A DNA stretch of 64,000 bases from Promethearchaeota archaeon. GTDB lineage: Archaea; Asgardarchaeota; Lokiarchaeia; Sigyniarchaeales; SOKP01. Numbering within the stretch: position 1 is the stretch's first letter; every line of letters starts with the position of its first letter. Where the stretch lies: assembly GCA_030603385.1 (NCBI GenBank), contig JAUVXW010000002.1, positions 64,001 through 128,000 of the forward strand, written 5' to 3'. The translations under genes were made by a program, and so were the position numbers. Under the pieces are notes generated by a model. The model searched no databases. It worked only from the letters and a program-made list of their open reading frames with translations, and had not been told where the DNA came from. This document shows, one piece after another, positions 19,535 to 28,962 of the stretch.

Positions 19535-20968
19535 TTAATATAACCTAATAGTGAAGGTAGAGCCTTTATTTCTTCCTTCAGACTCTACAAGTATTTGACC
19601 TCCATGTAGTTCTACAATTTCTTTTGAAATGTATAACCCTAGACCTGATCCTTCAATATCTACGCCTAAATCCATCCCGTATCTTTCCATTTTTCCAAAT
19701 TTCTCAAATAAAAGCTCTTTTTCTTTTTCGGTTATTCCAACACCTTTATCTTTTATTTGTATATCTATGTAATCATGATTTTCGACGAGGTTGACATAAA
19801 TTTTTCCGCTTATTGGTGTATTTTTCATAGCATTTGATAGAAGATTGGTAATTACTTGTTGAAGACGAATTTTATCTACATTAAATTCCAACTCATCCGG
19901 GAGATTTAAGTTCACAATAAGTTTACGACTATCCAATAAGTAACTCATTTCTTCAACACACTCTTTAGTAATTTTAACGAGATCATCCATCTTAATATTT
20001 AGTTCTAATTTACCAGATTCGATCCTTGAAGCATCTATTAAGTTTTCGACTAACTTTTTTAACCTTAAAGCACCCCTATGAAAAATCTCAATAAATTTTA
20101 ACACATCTTCATCAATTTTTCCATCAAAATGCTTTAAAAGAATTTGAGAAGCACCATATATGGAAGTTAATGGTGTTTTCAACTCATGGGATACTCTAGT
20201 AATAATGTCTTTTCTCATTTTATTAAGCTCTACTAATTTACGATTTTCTTCGAGGACGAGTCTTTCTACTTCTTTTTTTTCAGTGATGTCTAATGTAGCA
20301 ATCAAATTTGCTATTTTATCCTCAAAAGGAATAGTCTTAGAAATAATCTCCAGCCAAATAACTTCCCCTGTTTTTTTAGTGGCTCTAAACTGTATATCCG
20401 CTAAAATATCATTTTTTCCATAATATATATTTTCTGCGGTCTCCATAATCCTTTCTCTATCTTCTGGATGCATGAGTTTTAAAAATTCTTTAGATTTCCA
20501 TTTTAGAATCTCTTTAGGAGTATAACCTAAAGTATCAGAAAATTGTTGGTTAACATATTTGAATTTAAAATCTTCTAAAATTGCGATACCTATGAATGAC
20601 TGTTCTGTAATAGTTCTAAATTTATCTTCAGACTCAGAAATTTTTAACGTAGCAAGTCTTTGTTTAGTAATATCGTTTCCCACAGATAATATTCCAACTA
20701 AATTTCCTTTATCATCTTTTATTGCTTTATTTGTCCATGATATCCATACTTTCTTTCCATATTTTGTAATATTTTCATTTACATTATTCTTATATATTTC
20801 AGGATCTTTACAGATATCTTCCATTAATTTTTCTAAATCACGACCAGTAGTTTCCGTTTTAGGGACGATGGTACCTATAACATGTTCATAAGTTAGGTAC
20901 TTTGGCAGAAGAATTAAAAAATTCTTTAAAGGCTGAGGAGTAAACACTAATATAAGAGCTAATACCAA
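19535..20968 (-). CDS. PAS-PAS histidine kinase (HisKA + HATPase_c); N-terminus apparently truncated
   Basis: H-box SHELKTPLT, N-box NLLSNAMK, G1 DKGVG, G2 GSGLGL; two PAS/PAC regions, the first starting mid-domain. Confidence 0.88.
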   Translation of the reverse strand: MVLALILVFTPQPLKNFLILLPKYLTYEHVIGTIVPKTETTGRDLEKLMEDICKDPEIYKNNVNENITKYGKKVWISWTNKAIKDDKGNLVGILSVGNDITKQRLATLKISESEDKFRTITEQSFIGIAILEDFKFKYVNQQFSDTLGYTPKEILKWKSKEFLKLMHPEDRERIMETAENIYYGKNDILADIQFRATKKTGEVIWLEIISKTIPFEDKIANLIATLDITEKKEVERLVLEENRKLVELNKMRKDIITRVSHELKTPLTSIYGASQILLKHFDGKIDEDVLKFIEIFHRGALRLKKLVENLIDASRIESGKLELNIKMDDLVKITKECVEEMSYLLDSRKLIVNLNLPDELEFNVDKIRLQQVITNLLSNAMKNTPISGKIYVNLVENHDYIDIQIKDKGVGITEKEKELLFEKFGKMERYGMDLGVDIEGSGLGLYISKEIVELHGGQILVESEGRNKGSTFTIRLY

Positions 20969-21208
20969 ATAATTTTATTAAATTTCTATTTTCTTTTTGT
21001 TTTTATTTTATCTTATTTTGATTTGTATCACGCAAACCCTAAACCATTCTGAATTTCTTGGGTTTATCTTTTTATAGATAAGCTCTTTTTTTTATTTAAT
21101 CTTAAGTGTAAAAAAGTATTTATATGTGTAAAATAGTATAAATATGTAAAAAATGAACAATTATTCATTAATTAATTTAATTGCACTCATTTATTGAAGG
21201 TGTAGAAC

Positions 21209-21949
21209 ATAACCGATTATAACCAGGATAAAGAAAGAATTTCTTTATATGTATCTAAAGATATTAAAGAAGAATGGCAAACTTTTGCTAAAAATAATGA
21301 TTATTCCACTTTATCGAAACTGATAAGGGAAGCTTTAAGATTCTTTATTCAATGTAGAGGATTAGATCTTTCAACTCTTTCTCATGATTTAAAAGAACCT
21401 TTAACCTCAATTAAAGGGTATTTACAATTAATTATTGAAACATATGGAAAATCAATAGAAAGTAATGTAATATCTACATTGAAAAATGTACTGAACCAAT
21501 GTTTGATCTTAGAGAATAAAATCGTAGAATATTTGGATAAATTTGAGACTGAAATGGAAGAAGAGAGTATAAATCAAAAGAGTGAATATGATATTCTTTT
21601 AGTGGAAGATGACCAGGAGACTGTTAACTTACTGACGAGTTATTTCGAGTCAATAAATATAATATGCAAGGGTGTTTTAAGTGGCTTTAAAGGGCTAAAA
21701 GAACTAAAAAGATATGCACCAAAACTGATTTTACTTGACATTATTCTTCCAGATATCAATGGATATGAGATATTAAAGAGAATAAGAGCAGAAGAAAAAT
21801 TAAAAGACATTCCTGTATTTTTTCTTACAGCTATACCAAGTGTAGAAGTAGAGAAAAAGTCATTAGATTTAGGAGCTACAGGTTCAATTTTAAAGCCTTT
21901 TAATTTAACTGATTTTGATGTGATTTATAAGTATTTGGAAAAAAAATAG
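21209..21949 (+). CDS. RHH DNA-binding + HisKA + receiver (REC) protein; ATA start
   Basis: Open frame from ATA 21209 (GAAGGTG SD at 21196-21202, in-frame TAG just upstream): KERISLYVSKDIKEEWQ..LSKLIREAL (RHH), SHDLKEPLTSIKG (H-box), then REC (VEDD, LLDIILP, LTA, KP). Confidence 0.85.
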   Translation: MTDYNQDKERISLYVSKDIKEEWQTFAKNNDYSTLSKLIREALRFFIQCRGLDLSTLSHDLKEPLTSIKGYLQLIIETYGKSIESNVISTLKNVLNQCLILENKIVEYLDKFETEMEEESINQKSEYDILLVEDDQETVNLLTSYFESINIICKGVLSGFKGLKELKRYAPKLILLDIILPDINGYEILKRIRAEEKLKDIPVFFLTAIPSVEVEKKSLDLGATGSILKPFNLTDFDVIYKYLEKK

Positions 21950-22242
21950 CAACATAATTATAACATATACTAAATTTTTTAGGTTTTTATTAGCATAACA
22001 AGCAAGAAAATAATTTTTTCTATATTAATAGAAAAATCCTTCTCGTTTCAATTCAAACAAAAGAAGAGTTTTAGGACTTTTTAATTTTGATTAATCTTTT
22101 ATCAACAACTTCGATTTGAAAGATAAAAGCATTATTTGTGGTCAAAAAAGCTAATTATTATCAAAAAAAGATTTAAATACTAGTAAAGTGATTATTTTAT
22201 TAGTACAAAAATGTAATCTAGCACAAATCTAATATAATTTAA

Positions 22243-22707
22243 ATGATAAATTCAGACGATAATTACCAAGATTTTAATTTGGAAAAGATGGTTCCAAGAG
22301 CAAAAGGGTTGATTGGGTTTCTAGTTCTAGATAAGACAGGTTTATTATATTTTTCAAAAGTTACAAAAAATAGAACAAGTTTAGCAAAAAATATTTTTCA
22401 AATTGCAGGGTTTATTTCGGCAATATTGATTTATTCACATGATCTTATTGGCGGTAAAGACGCAGGGATAAAACTTAAAGATATTAATCTTGGTGATTAC
22501 CATATGTTCTTTAAAACTAAGGGCAACTTAATTTTCACATACATAGTTGAAAAACATAAATGTACTGAAAATATTGAAAAATGCATGGAACTAGTAGTAG
22601 AGAAGTTCTTAAACACGTATTATTATTCTCATGTGGTAGAGTTTAAGGGCGATTTGAGTCCTTTCCATTGTTTTGAGATGGTAATTGATCAATATTTTGA
22701 GATGTAA
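22243..22707 (+). CDS. Longin/roadblock-like protein
   Basis: FLVLDKTGLLYF..IAGFISAI..FKGDLSPFHCFE pattern typical of Asgard longin-like proteins. Confidence 0.6.
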   Translation: MINSDDNYQDFNLEKMVPRAKGLIGFLVLDKTGLLYFSKVTKNRTSLAKNIFQIAGFISAILIYSHDLIGGKDAGIKLKDINLGDYHMFFKTKGNLIFTYIVEKHKCTENIEKCMELVVEKFLNTYYYSHVVEFKGDLSPFHCFEMVIDQYFEM

Positions 22708-22863
22708 CTTATTTTTGCAGAGATTTAGAATATTAAAATTAATAAAAAAAAATGTCTTTTAAATCATTTAACTTTAATTAAGTATAAATATTGTGAGATT
22801 TTGAATAGAAATAATAAATTTCACCAAAAATTATATATAAACAAACCAATAATTAATATCACA

Positions 22864-23220
22864 ATGACTGCAACTCTAGAAGTTGACTTAGTTCTAGATA
22901 GTTTAATTAAAGAGTTTGGTGAGAGTGGGCTATATTTCATACTGATTTGTACTGAAAATGGAGCAATAATTAAGTCGTATATTAACCAAGAATTTAATAA
23001 AACTTCAATAGGATTGAATATGTCTCAATTGTATGAATTAGCCGAAGAAATTACTTCGGAAATTGGAGTACATAATCCAGATTTTAATGTTATCCATTCT
23101 GATAACTTCTATATTCTTTCAATTAAAATTTTAGGGAAGATAATAATTACTTTGGTGGAAGACCAACTCGATTTCTCTCGAATATTTGATATTATAAATA
23201 GCTGTATCGATACAAACTAA
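22864..23220 (+). CDS. Roadblock/LC7-like protein
   Basis: Helix-ILICTENGAIIKS-helix-three strands-helix pattern; ATG at 22864. Confidence 0.55.
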   Translation: MTATLEVDLVLDSLIKEFGESGLYFILICTENGAIIKSYINQEFNKTSIGLNMSQLYELAEEITSEIGVHNPDFNVIHSDNFYILSIKILGKIIITLVEDQLDFSRIFDIINSCIDTN

Positions 23221-23360
23221 TTTTTAAGGATCTTTTAGTATTTTTATCTTATTTTAAAGAGACACCTTTATAAAATTAAATTTTATATAAAATAAAACAA
23301 ATTTTTATAAATCTTTTTACAGAATTACTAAATTAAGAAAACATTGTAGGAAGATATGAA

Positions 23361-23843
23361 ATGAAGTATGAAAAAAACCAATATTCCGAATCCTTCTCAG
23401 TATGTACTTTAATTATTGCGGGAGCATTTTTATATTGGGGGATAAGTAGTTTAATACAATGGGATGGGTGGTTATGGTGGGGTTTTATTTCAACTGGAAT
23501 TGGTACAGCTATTCTTGTTTCACAAATCTTAGCGATAACTAATAGAAGCAAGTTAAGAAGCGTAGTTTTAGCTGATTTTCAGGAAAATCCGGAAGCAACA
23601 GTAGAACTTGTGAGTAAAAGTACAGGAATTACCGCAAAAGATATACAAGCAATTATTTTAGATCTGAAGGCATCAGGTCAATTAAGAGCAAAATTCAATT
23701 CAAAAACTGGTCAGGTTAAACATCTATTAACAGAAGAAAAAGAACCAACTCCAGGAGAACGAGCCAGTTATTGTTCTAATTGCGGCACTCCTATTACTAA
23801 AGAATCAGCTCAATATTGTGCATATTGTGGTGGGAAAATTTAA
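23361..23843 (+). CDS. Membrane protein with PCI-like winged helix and C-terminal zinc ribbon
   Basis: Two TM helices, IQAIILDLKASGQLRAKFNSKTG, CSNCG..CAYCG. Confidence 0.65.
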   Translation: MKYEKNQYSESFSVCTLIIAGAFLYWGISSLIQWDGWLWWGFISTGIGTAILVSQILAITNRSKLRSVVLADFQENPEATVELVSKSTGITAKDIQAIILDLKASGQLRAKFNSKTGQVKHLLTEEKEPTPGERASYCSNCGTPITKESAQYCAYCGGKI

Positions 23844-23922
23844 ACACATTTTTTTTATTTTATCAACTATCTGAATAATTATTTGATGATGAGAAGAAAA
23901 TAAAAACTAATTTGATTTCATT

Positions 23923-24561
23923 CTATTTTATTTCAATTACTTTCTTATCTTCAGTTTCAGAAGTTTTTTTAGGGATTTTTAGTCTTAGTACCCCATTTTT
24001 AAAACTTGCATCAATCCCTTCTAAGTTAATCTCTTCCGGTAGGTGAAAGCTTCGAAAGAAGCTTGCTGATCTGAATTCTCTTCTCAAATAATCTCCTTCA
24101 ATCTTTTTTCCCTTCTCTTTTTTTTTATCCTTTTTGTCTTTATGTTTATCTTTTTTATCTTCTTTTTTTTCCTTATCTTCTTTTTTATCCTCTTTCTCCT
24201 CTTTATACTTTAGAGCTTTTTCACCAATGATTTCTAAAACACCGTCTTGAAGAGTAATATTGACATGTTTTTTGTCTAAACCTGGTAATTCAATAAGGAG
24301 ATTATAATAATTTTCATTTTCGATTATATTTGTCAAAGGAGTTCTATAAAAAGATTCAATTTCTAAAATTTCTAAAGATTCAGTAGGTCTAATTCTAAAT
24401 GAGCCCCATTCAGAAATTTCTATCATTGAATCCTTTGATTGATTTAGGGAAAAAACTTGTTTCTTTTTTAAGCCTAATTCTTGTTCCTTTTTTTCTTTTT
24501 CTATATCTAATTCAGTCTCTTTTTCTTCCTCCTCAAATGCATCTTTAACATTTTCATCCAT
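23923..24561 (-). CDS. Hsp20/alpha-crystallin small heat-shock protein with charged insertion
   Basis: ELPGLDK, FFRSFHLP, ASFKNGVLRLKIPK, C-terminal IEIK. Confidence 0.9.
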   Translation of the reverse strand: MDENVKDAFEEEEKETELDIEKEKKEQELGLKKKQVFSLNQSKDSMIEISEWGSFRIRPTESLEILEIESFYRTPLTNIIENENYYNLLIELPGLDKKHVNITLQDGVLEIIGEKALKYKEEKEDKKEDKEKKEDKKDKHKDKKDKKKEKGKKIEGDYLRREFRSASFFRSFHLPEEINLEGIDASFKNGVLRLKIPKKTSETEDKKVIEIK

Positions 24562-24753
24562 CTTAATCAGATCTCCAAAAATTTACAGAATAACAAAAAA
24601 TAAATGAAAGTTATATAAAAAGTTTTGTCTAAAAAGAGGACGTAAAAAAAAAATATGAGAGATTAAACCACCAACTACTTTTGACATCTTTTAAGAAAAA
24701 TATAACAATTCTCTTAAAAAGAATTTTAAAAAAAATTGATTTATTTTTAATAT

Positions 24754-26175
24754 TTATTTTAGAGCACTCAACTTCTTTTCATGCAATTCTGTTAATTTTC
24801 TCCTATTTTCTGCTAATTTTTCTCCTTTTATCGGATAATAATACATTCCAATCCAAGAAATTATAAGAACAATAGCAGGATAAACACCCATTAAAATTTG
24901 GAGTCCTAATATTGTATTTACTCCCGGATTCGGTGTGTAATTATACCAATCTGTTGTACTAAAAACAATCATAATTAAGAAGAAATTAATAATCATTGAT
25001 ATTCTAATAAAGAAATTAAAAATTGCGTAGTATATGCCAGAACGTCGTGTTCCGTGAGTAATTTCATCCTCATCAATGATTTCTGCGATGCATTGATCAT
25101 AAAAGTATAATCCACCACCAAGACCAATCCCATTGAAAATTTGCACAATAAAAGCCATTTCAATACTAACTGAGAATGCAAAAATTATAATGGGAAATAT
25201 CCATACCGCTATTCCTATTAATCCTGCCATACGAGCTCCTTTGGAAATTCGTATTTTTTCCCATAATGGTGTAGAGATTGCTGCCACAATGAATTCTAAC
25301 GCAAGGAGAATGCCAATAATAATCGGATCTTCAATATCTAAAGCATGTGTCATAAAGAGAGGTGCTAATGTTGGTAAAATATTTATAACAATCCATGTCC
25401 CTAAAGCTGGTATCAAAAACCATTGAAATGATTTATTTTTAAAGGTATTTTTTAGGGTTATAGTAAAAGACATTGCCGTTTCAGCATCCTTAGACATATG
25501 CTTAGGTTCTTTTACACCCCATTTCAAGAGAACAAAATATGTCACAAGGATTATTATCGCAGCAATAATCCCTGTTAATTGATATTGTCCTAATGTATTT
25601 GGATCTGATATGGGGGGGTCTGTATCTGGAATAACACCTAGGATATTTTCAATAATGAGTGTAGGAATAAGAAACGCAAAAATCAGTGCAACCATAACGA
25701 AGCTTATCCGAACTTTTCCAACTGAACTGCGAGCTTTCACTGTAACGTACATTTCAGAAAAAACAGCATTATAATTTAAGTTAAAAGCTGTATAAGTTGT
25801 ATCAAATAAGATAAGGATAAGAATAAAATATAAAAAGTTGATTGTGGGTGAGTTAAGATCAACTGGAGGTGTAAAAAGTAGTATCATTGTAATAGCTAAG
25901 GGTATAGTAGCGGCTGCCATCCAAGGTATTCTTCGTCCCCATTTAGTTTTTGTTCGATCAGAAAGATATCCTATTAGTGGATCATTAATACCATTCCATA
26001 AACTCCACAAAATAAAACCTCCGCCAATCAATAGTATAGGAACTCCTACAATTGCAAAATAGAAAGTGAAAATTAGAAATGTAAATGTTTGCATAGCTGT
26101 ATTATCTCCTATTTCTCCGAACGCAAAAGCAATTTTCTTTTTTAGTGAGATATTTCGAGATTCGTTATCACTCAT
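24754..26175 (-). CDS. GPH/MelB-family MFS sugar:cation symporter
   Basis: WNGINDPLIGYLSDRTKTKWGRRIPW; ~12 TM; likely ATG at 26175. Confidence 0.9.
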   Translation of the reverse strand: MSDNESRNISLKKKIAFAFGEIGDNTAMQTFTFLIFTFYFAIVGVPILLIGGGFILWSLWNGINDPLIGYLSDRTKTKWGRRIPWMAAATIPLAITMILLFTPPVDLNSPTINFLYFILILILFDTTYTAFNLNYNAVFSEMYVTVKARSSVGKVRISFVMVALIFAFLIPTLIIENILGVIPDTDPPISDPNTLGQYQLTGIIAAIIILVTYFVLLKWGVKEPKHMSKDAETAMSFTITLKNTFKNKSFQWFLIPALGTWIVINILPTLAPLFMTHALDIEDPIIIGILLALEFIVAAISTPLWEKIRISKGARMAGLIGIAVWIFPIIIFAFSVSIEMAFIVQIFNGIGLGGGLYFYDQCIAEIIDEDEITHGTRRSGIYYAIFNFFIRISMIINFFLIMIVFSTTDWYNYTPNPGVNTILGLQILMGVYPAIVLIISWIGMYYYPIKGEKLAENRRKLTELHEKKLSALK

Positions 26176-26330
26176 AAAATCAATCTTTTTTTTAATTAAT
26201 GAGATATGATTAAACATTTGCTCTATTTCTATAAAAATATATCTTAGAAAAAACATAAAATAGTATAATTTAGAATTTAGATCAATTATTTAGAAAAATT
26301 ACAATTATAAAGATTCATAAGTGAGATCTA

Positions 26331-27353
26331 ATGGAAAACACTTTTACTGCTGGAGTAATCGGTGCCGGCAGAATGGGAAAGATACACATTGAAAATATTA
26401 TACACAATATTCCAAATTTAAAGTTAAAATTGGTTGCTGATATTAAGATAGATGATAATTTAGAAAAATGGGCTTATGAAATAGGTGTTCCAAAACTCAC
26501 TCAAGATCCAATTGAAATTCTAAATGACTCTGAGATAAATGTAGTAATAATTGCCTCATCCACAGATACTCATACCAAATTCATACAAGAAGCTGCGCAA
26601 GCAAAAAAGGATATTTTTTGTGAGAAACCTATTGACACAGACCTGAAACGTATCAAAGAAACCCTTGAAATTGTTAAAAAGGAAGGCGTAAAACTTATGA
26701 TTGGATTTAATAGGCGATTTGACAGAAATTTCAAAAGAGTAAGGGAGATGGTTACTTCAGGTCAAATAGGGACCCCTTACATTATTAAAGTTACTGCTCG
26801 TGATCCTGCTCCCCCTTCCATTGAATATATTAAGACATCTGGAGGGATGCTTTTTGATATGACAATTCACGATTGGGATATGGCCCGTTTTCAAGTAGGA
26901 AGTGAAATTGAAGAAGTTTATACAAGCGGTGCTGTTCTTGTAGATCCTGAAATAGGTAAAGCAGGAGATATAGATACTGCTGTGGTAATTTTGAAATTTA
27001 AAAATGGTGTAATTGGAATGATTGATAATTCTCGTCAAGCAGTATATGGATATGACCAGCGTGTTGAAGTATTTGGTTCAAAAGGATGTGTAATTGCGGA
27101 CAATGAACCATCGAATACAGTACGTTTATATACCGCTGAAAAGATAAAAGAGGATAACATCCCATACTTTTTCTTACAAAGATATATGGATTCTTACGCT
27201 GCAGAATTACAAGACTTCCTCGAATGTTTGCGAAATAACAAAGAACCATCACCAAATGGAGAAGATGGCTTTCAAAATGTTGTAATAGCAATAGCTGCCC
27301 AAAAATCATATGAAGAGAATCGTCCTGTCAAGATTTCTGAAATTGTCATATAA
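26331..27353 (+). CDS. iolG: Inositol 2-dehydrogenase (Gfo/Idh/MocA family)
   Basis: GAGRMG, CEKP, GFNRRFD, DMTIHDWD, YGYDQRVEVFG. Confidence 0.88.
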   Translation: MENTFTAGVIGAGRMGKIHIENIIHNIPNLKLKLVADIKIDDNLEKWAYEIGVPKLTQDPIEILNDSEINVVIIASSTDTHTKFIQEAAQAKKDIFCEKPIDTDLKRIKETLEIVKKEGVKLMIGFNRRFDRNFKRVREMVTSGQIGTPYIIKVTARDPAPPSIEYIKTSGGMLFDMTIHDWDMARFQVGSEIEEVYTSGAVLVDPEIGKAGDIDTAVVILKFKNGVIGMIDNSRQAVYGYDQRVEVFGSKGCVIADNEPSNTVRLYTAEKIKEDNIPYFFLQRYMDSYAAELQDFLECLRNNKEPSPNGEDGFQNVVIAIAAQKSYEENRPVKISEIVI

Positions 27354-27444
27354 CATTTAAAACGAACTTATAGAATTTTAAGCAAAATTTTTAATTTCAT
27401 AATAAATAGATGATACAAGTAAAAGACTAATGGGTTGATGACAT

Positions 27445-27987
27445 ATATCATTTGATTTATCTGCATTTAAATTATTAATTAAGAAGATTTTTCCACCAAA
27501 AAAAAGCGTTTTCACTGTAGATACTACAGGAGATGGAAAAGGAGATTCTATACAAATAAAAGTAATTAATCTACTATTTCCATTCGTAGTTCCTGAGAAT
27601 ATTGAGTTAGGAGATTTTGATTTAAAGAGCTTTGATGTACAAAATTTTGATATTTCGGAATATGTAACATTGTTCATAGATGATAGACCGATTAACGTTT
27701 CAAAAGATTCTTTCAACTTTGAAACAATAAAGGATCGATTCTTAATTTATCATAAGGGAGAATCATTTAAACTAAGTGATATCCTTGAAGGTAAATTTAG
27801 TGGAAGAACTATAGCCTTAGGTGATAGTATTAGTATTTTAATTAAATTAGATACAGAAACCCTAAACACATTAACTGAAGGAAAACACATTTTCAAGATT
27901 GATAGTGAATTCGTCTCGAACCTTATAATTAATTTTGAATTGGATAAAACTAATATGAATCTAAAGTTTGATCCAAAAAACCCATAA
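27445..27987 (+). CDS. Hypothetical beta-rich protein; probable ATA start
   Basis: Frame is open 75 codons upstream of the ORF-track TTG, to ATA 27445 (GGTTGA upstream, in-frame TGA before it). Confidence 0.55.
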   Translation: MSFDLSAFKLLIKKIFPPKKSVFTVDTTGDGKGDSIQIKVINLLFPFVVPENIELGDFDLKSFDVQNFDISEYVTLFIDDRPINVSKDSFNFETIKDRFLIYHKGESFKLSDILEGKFSGRTIALGDSISILIKLDTETLNTLTEGKHIFKIDSEFVSNLIINFELDKTNMNLKFDPKNP

Positions 27988-28057
27988 AAGTATATTTTTT
28001 CTAAAGGAGACGTTTTACTTATCATTTGAGTCTCTTAAGATTTATATAGGTGTTTTT

Positions 28058-28615
28058 ATGTTTAATTTCTTAATATTAGAAGAAAGTGTTATTATGGCAA
28101 TTACTAAACTTACTCATAGTACAGATATCACTCCTTTAGATAACTCAGCGAAAATTCAGTTTATCTGTCCAGTTTGTAAGGCTGAGAAAGTTTTGCAATT
28201 TCCTAAATCTGTTATTACTCAAGCAAAAGGTTTATCTACCATGTCGATCGCAAGGGGTTTAGTATGCGAGCACCAATTTCAAGCCTTTGTCGATAAGAAT
28301 TATATGGTTCGTGGTTACCAGAGAGTAGATTTCGAATTTGAAAAAATTAGATCTGAAGAAAAAAGATTACAAAATAGAGAGAATAAAACAAATGACGATG
28401 AGCTTTTTGAAAATCTTATCTTAGAAGGAAATTATCTTGAATATAATCCCAATCAAAAACAAGAATATAAAGATAAGAAAAAACATACAGAGGAGTATAA
28501 ATCAGCAGATACCAACTTAGACCTACAAGAAATCTATAATGAGTTCTGGGAATTCATTGATAAGGATAATAATTTATTTCAAAGGTTTATAAAAAATGAT
28601 ATAAGAAGAAAGTAA
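28058..28615 (+). CDS. Zn-finger-like hypothetical protein
   Basis: CPVC...CEHQFQAFVDKNYMVRGYQRVDF; AGGTG SD before ATG 28058. Confidence 0.65.
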   Translation: MFNFLILEESVIMAITKLTHSTDITPLDNSAKIQFICPVCKAEKVLQFPKSVITQAKGLSTMSIARGLVCEHQFQAFVDKNYMVRGYQRVDFEFEKIRSEEKRLQNRENKTNDDELFENLILEGNYLEYNPNQKQEYKDKKKHTEEYKSADTNLDLQEIYNEFWEFIDKDNNLFQRFIKNDIRRK

Positions 28616-28703
28616 CTATACCTTTTTTTCTTTTATAATAATAAATGTTAGTTTCTTAGTTTAAAAAAATCGATACTACAATATTAAAAGGGGAAGAGAA
28701 CTA

Positions 28704-28867
28704 TGCCAAGGGAGGGAATTTCATACAAATGCGTTCTGCTGGTGTATTTTGAACCCTCGATACCCAGATCTTCAGTTTCACCTTTATCGGTAACTCCGAT
28801 GAATCTGGTGCGTTCTTACCCTACAATAAGGAGCTCTAACGCATGAACCGGGCTACGCCACCTTGGC
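28704..28867 (-). tRNA. tRNA-Phe(GAA) with three non-canonical introns
   Basis: Removing 28816-28847, 28777-28804 and 28718-28747 leaves the 74-nt GCCAAGGTGGCGTAGCCCGGGAACGCACCAGACTGAAGATCTGGGTATCGAGGGTTCAAATCCCTCCCTTGGCA; each junction forms a BHB or BHB-like motif. Confidence 0.9.
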
Positions 28868-28962
28868 GGATGAGAATTTAGAATTTTTAAGATTTATAAA
28901 ATATCAAAATTCGTAATTTAGAAAGGTAAAAATATCATTTAAATTTTTTTCATATACATCTT

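Noticed and set aside
19513-28704. Integrated element between tRNA-Arg and tRNA-Phe
   Set aside because: No integrase, no duplicated tRNA 3' end (att site), no compositional shift
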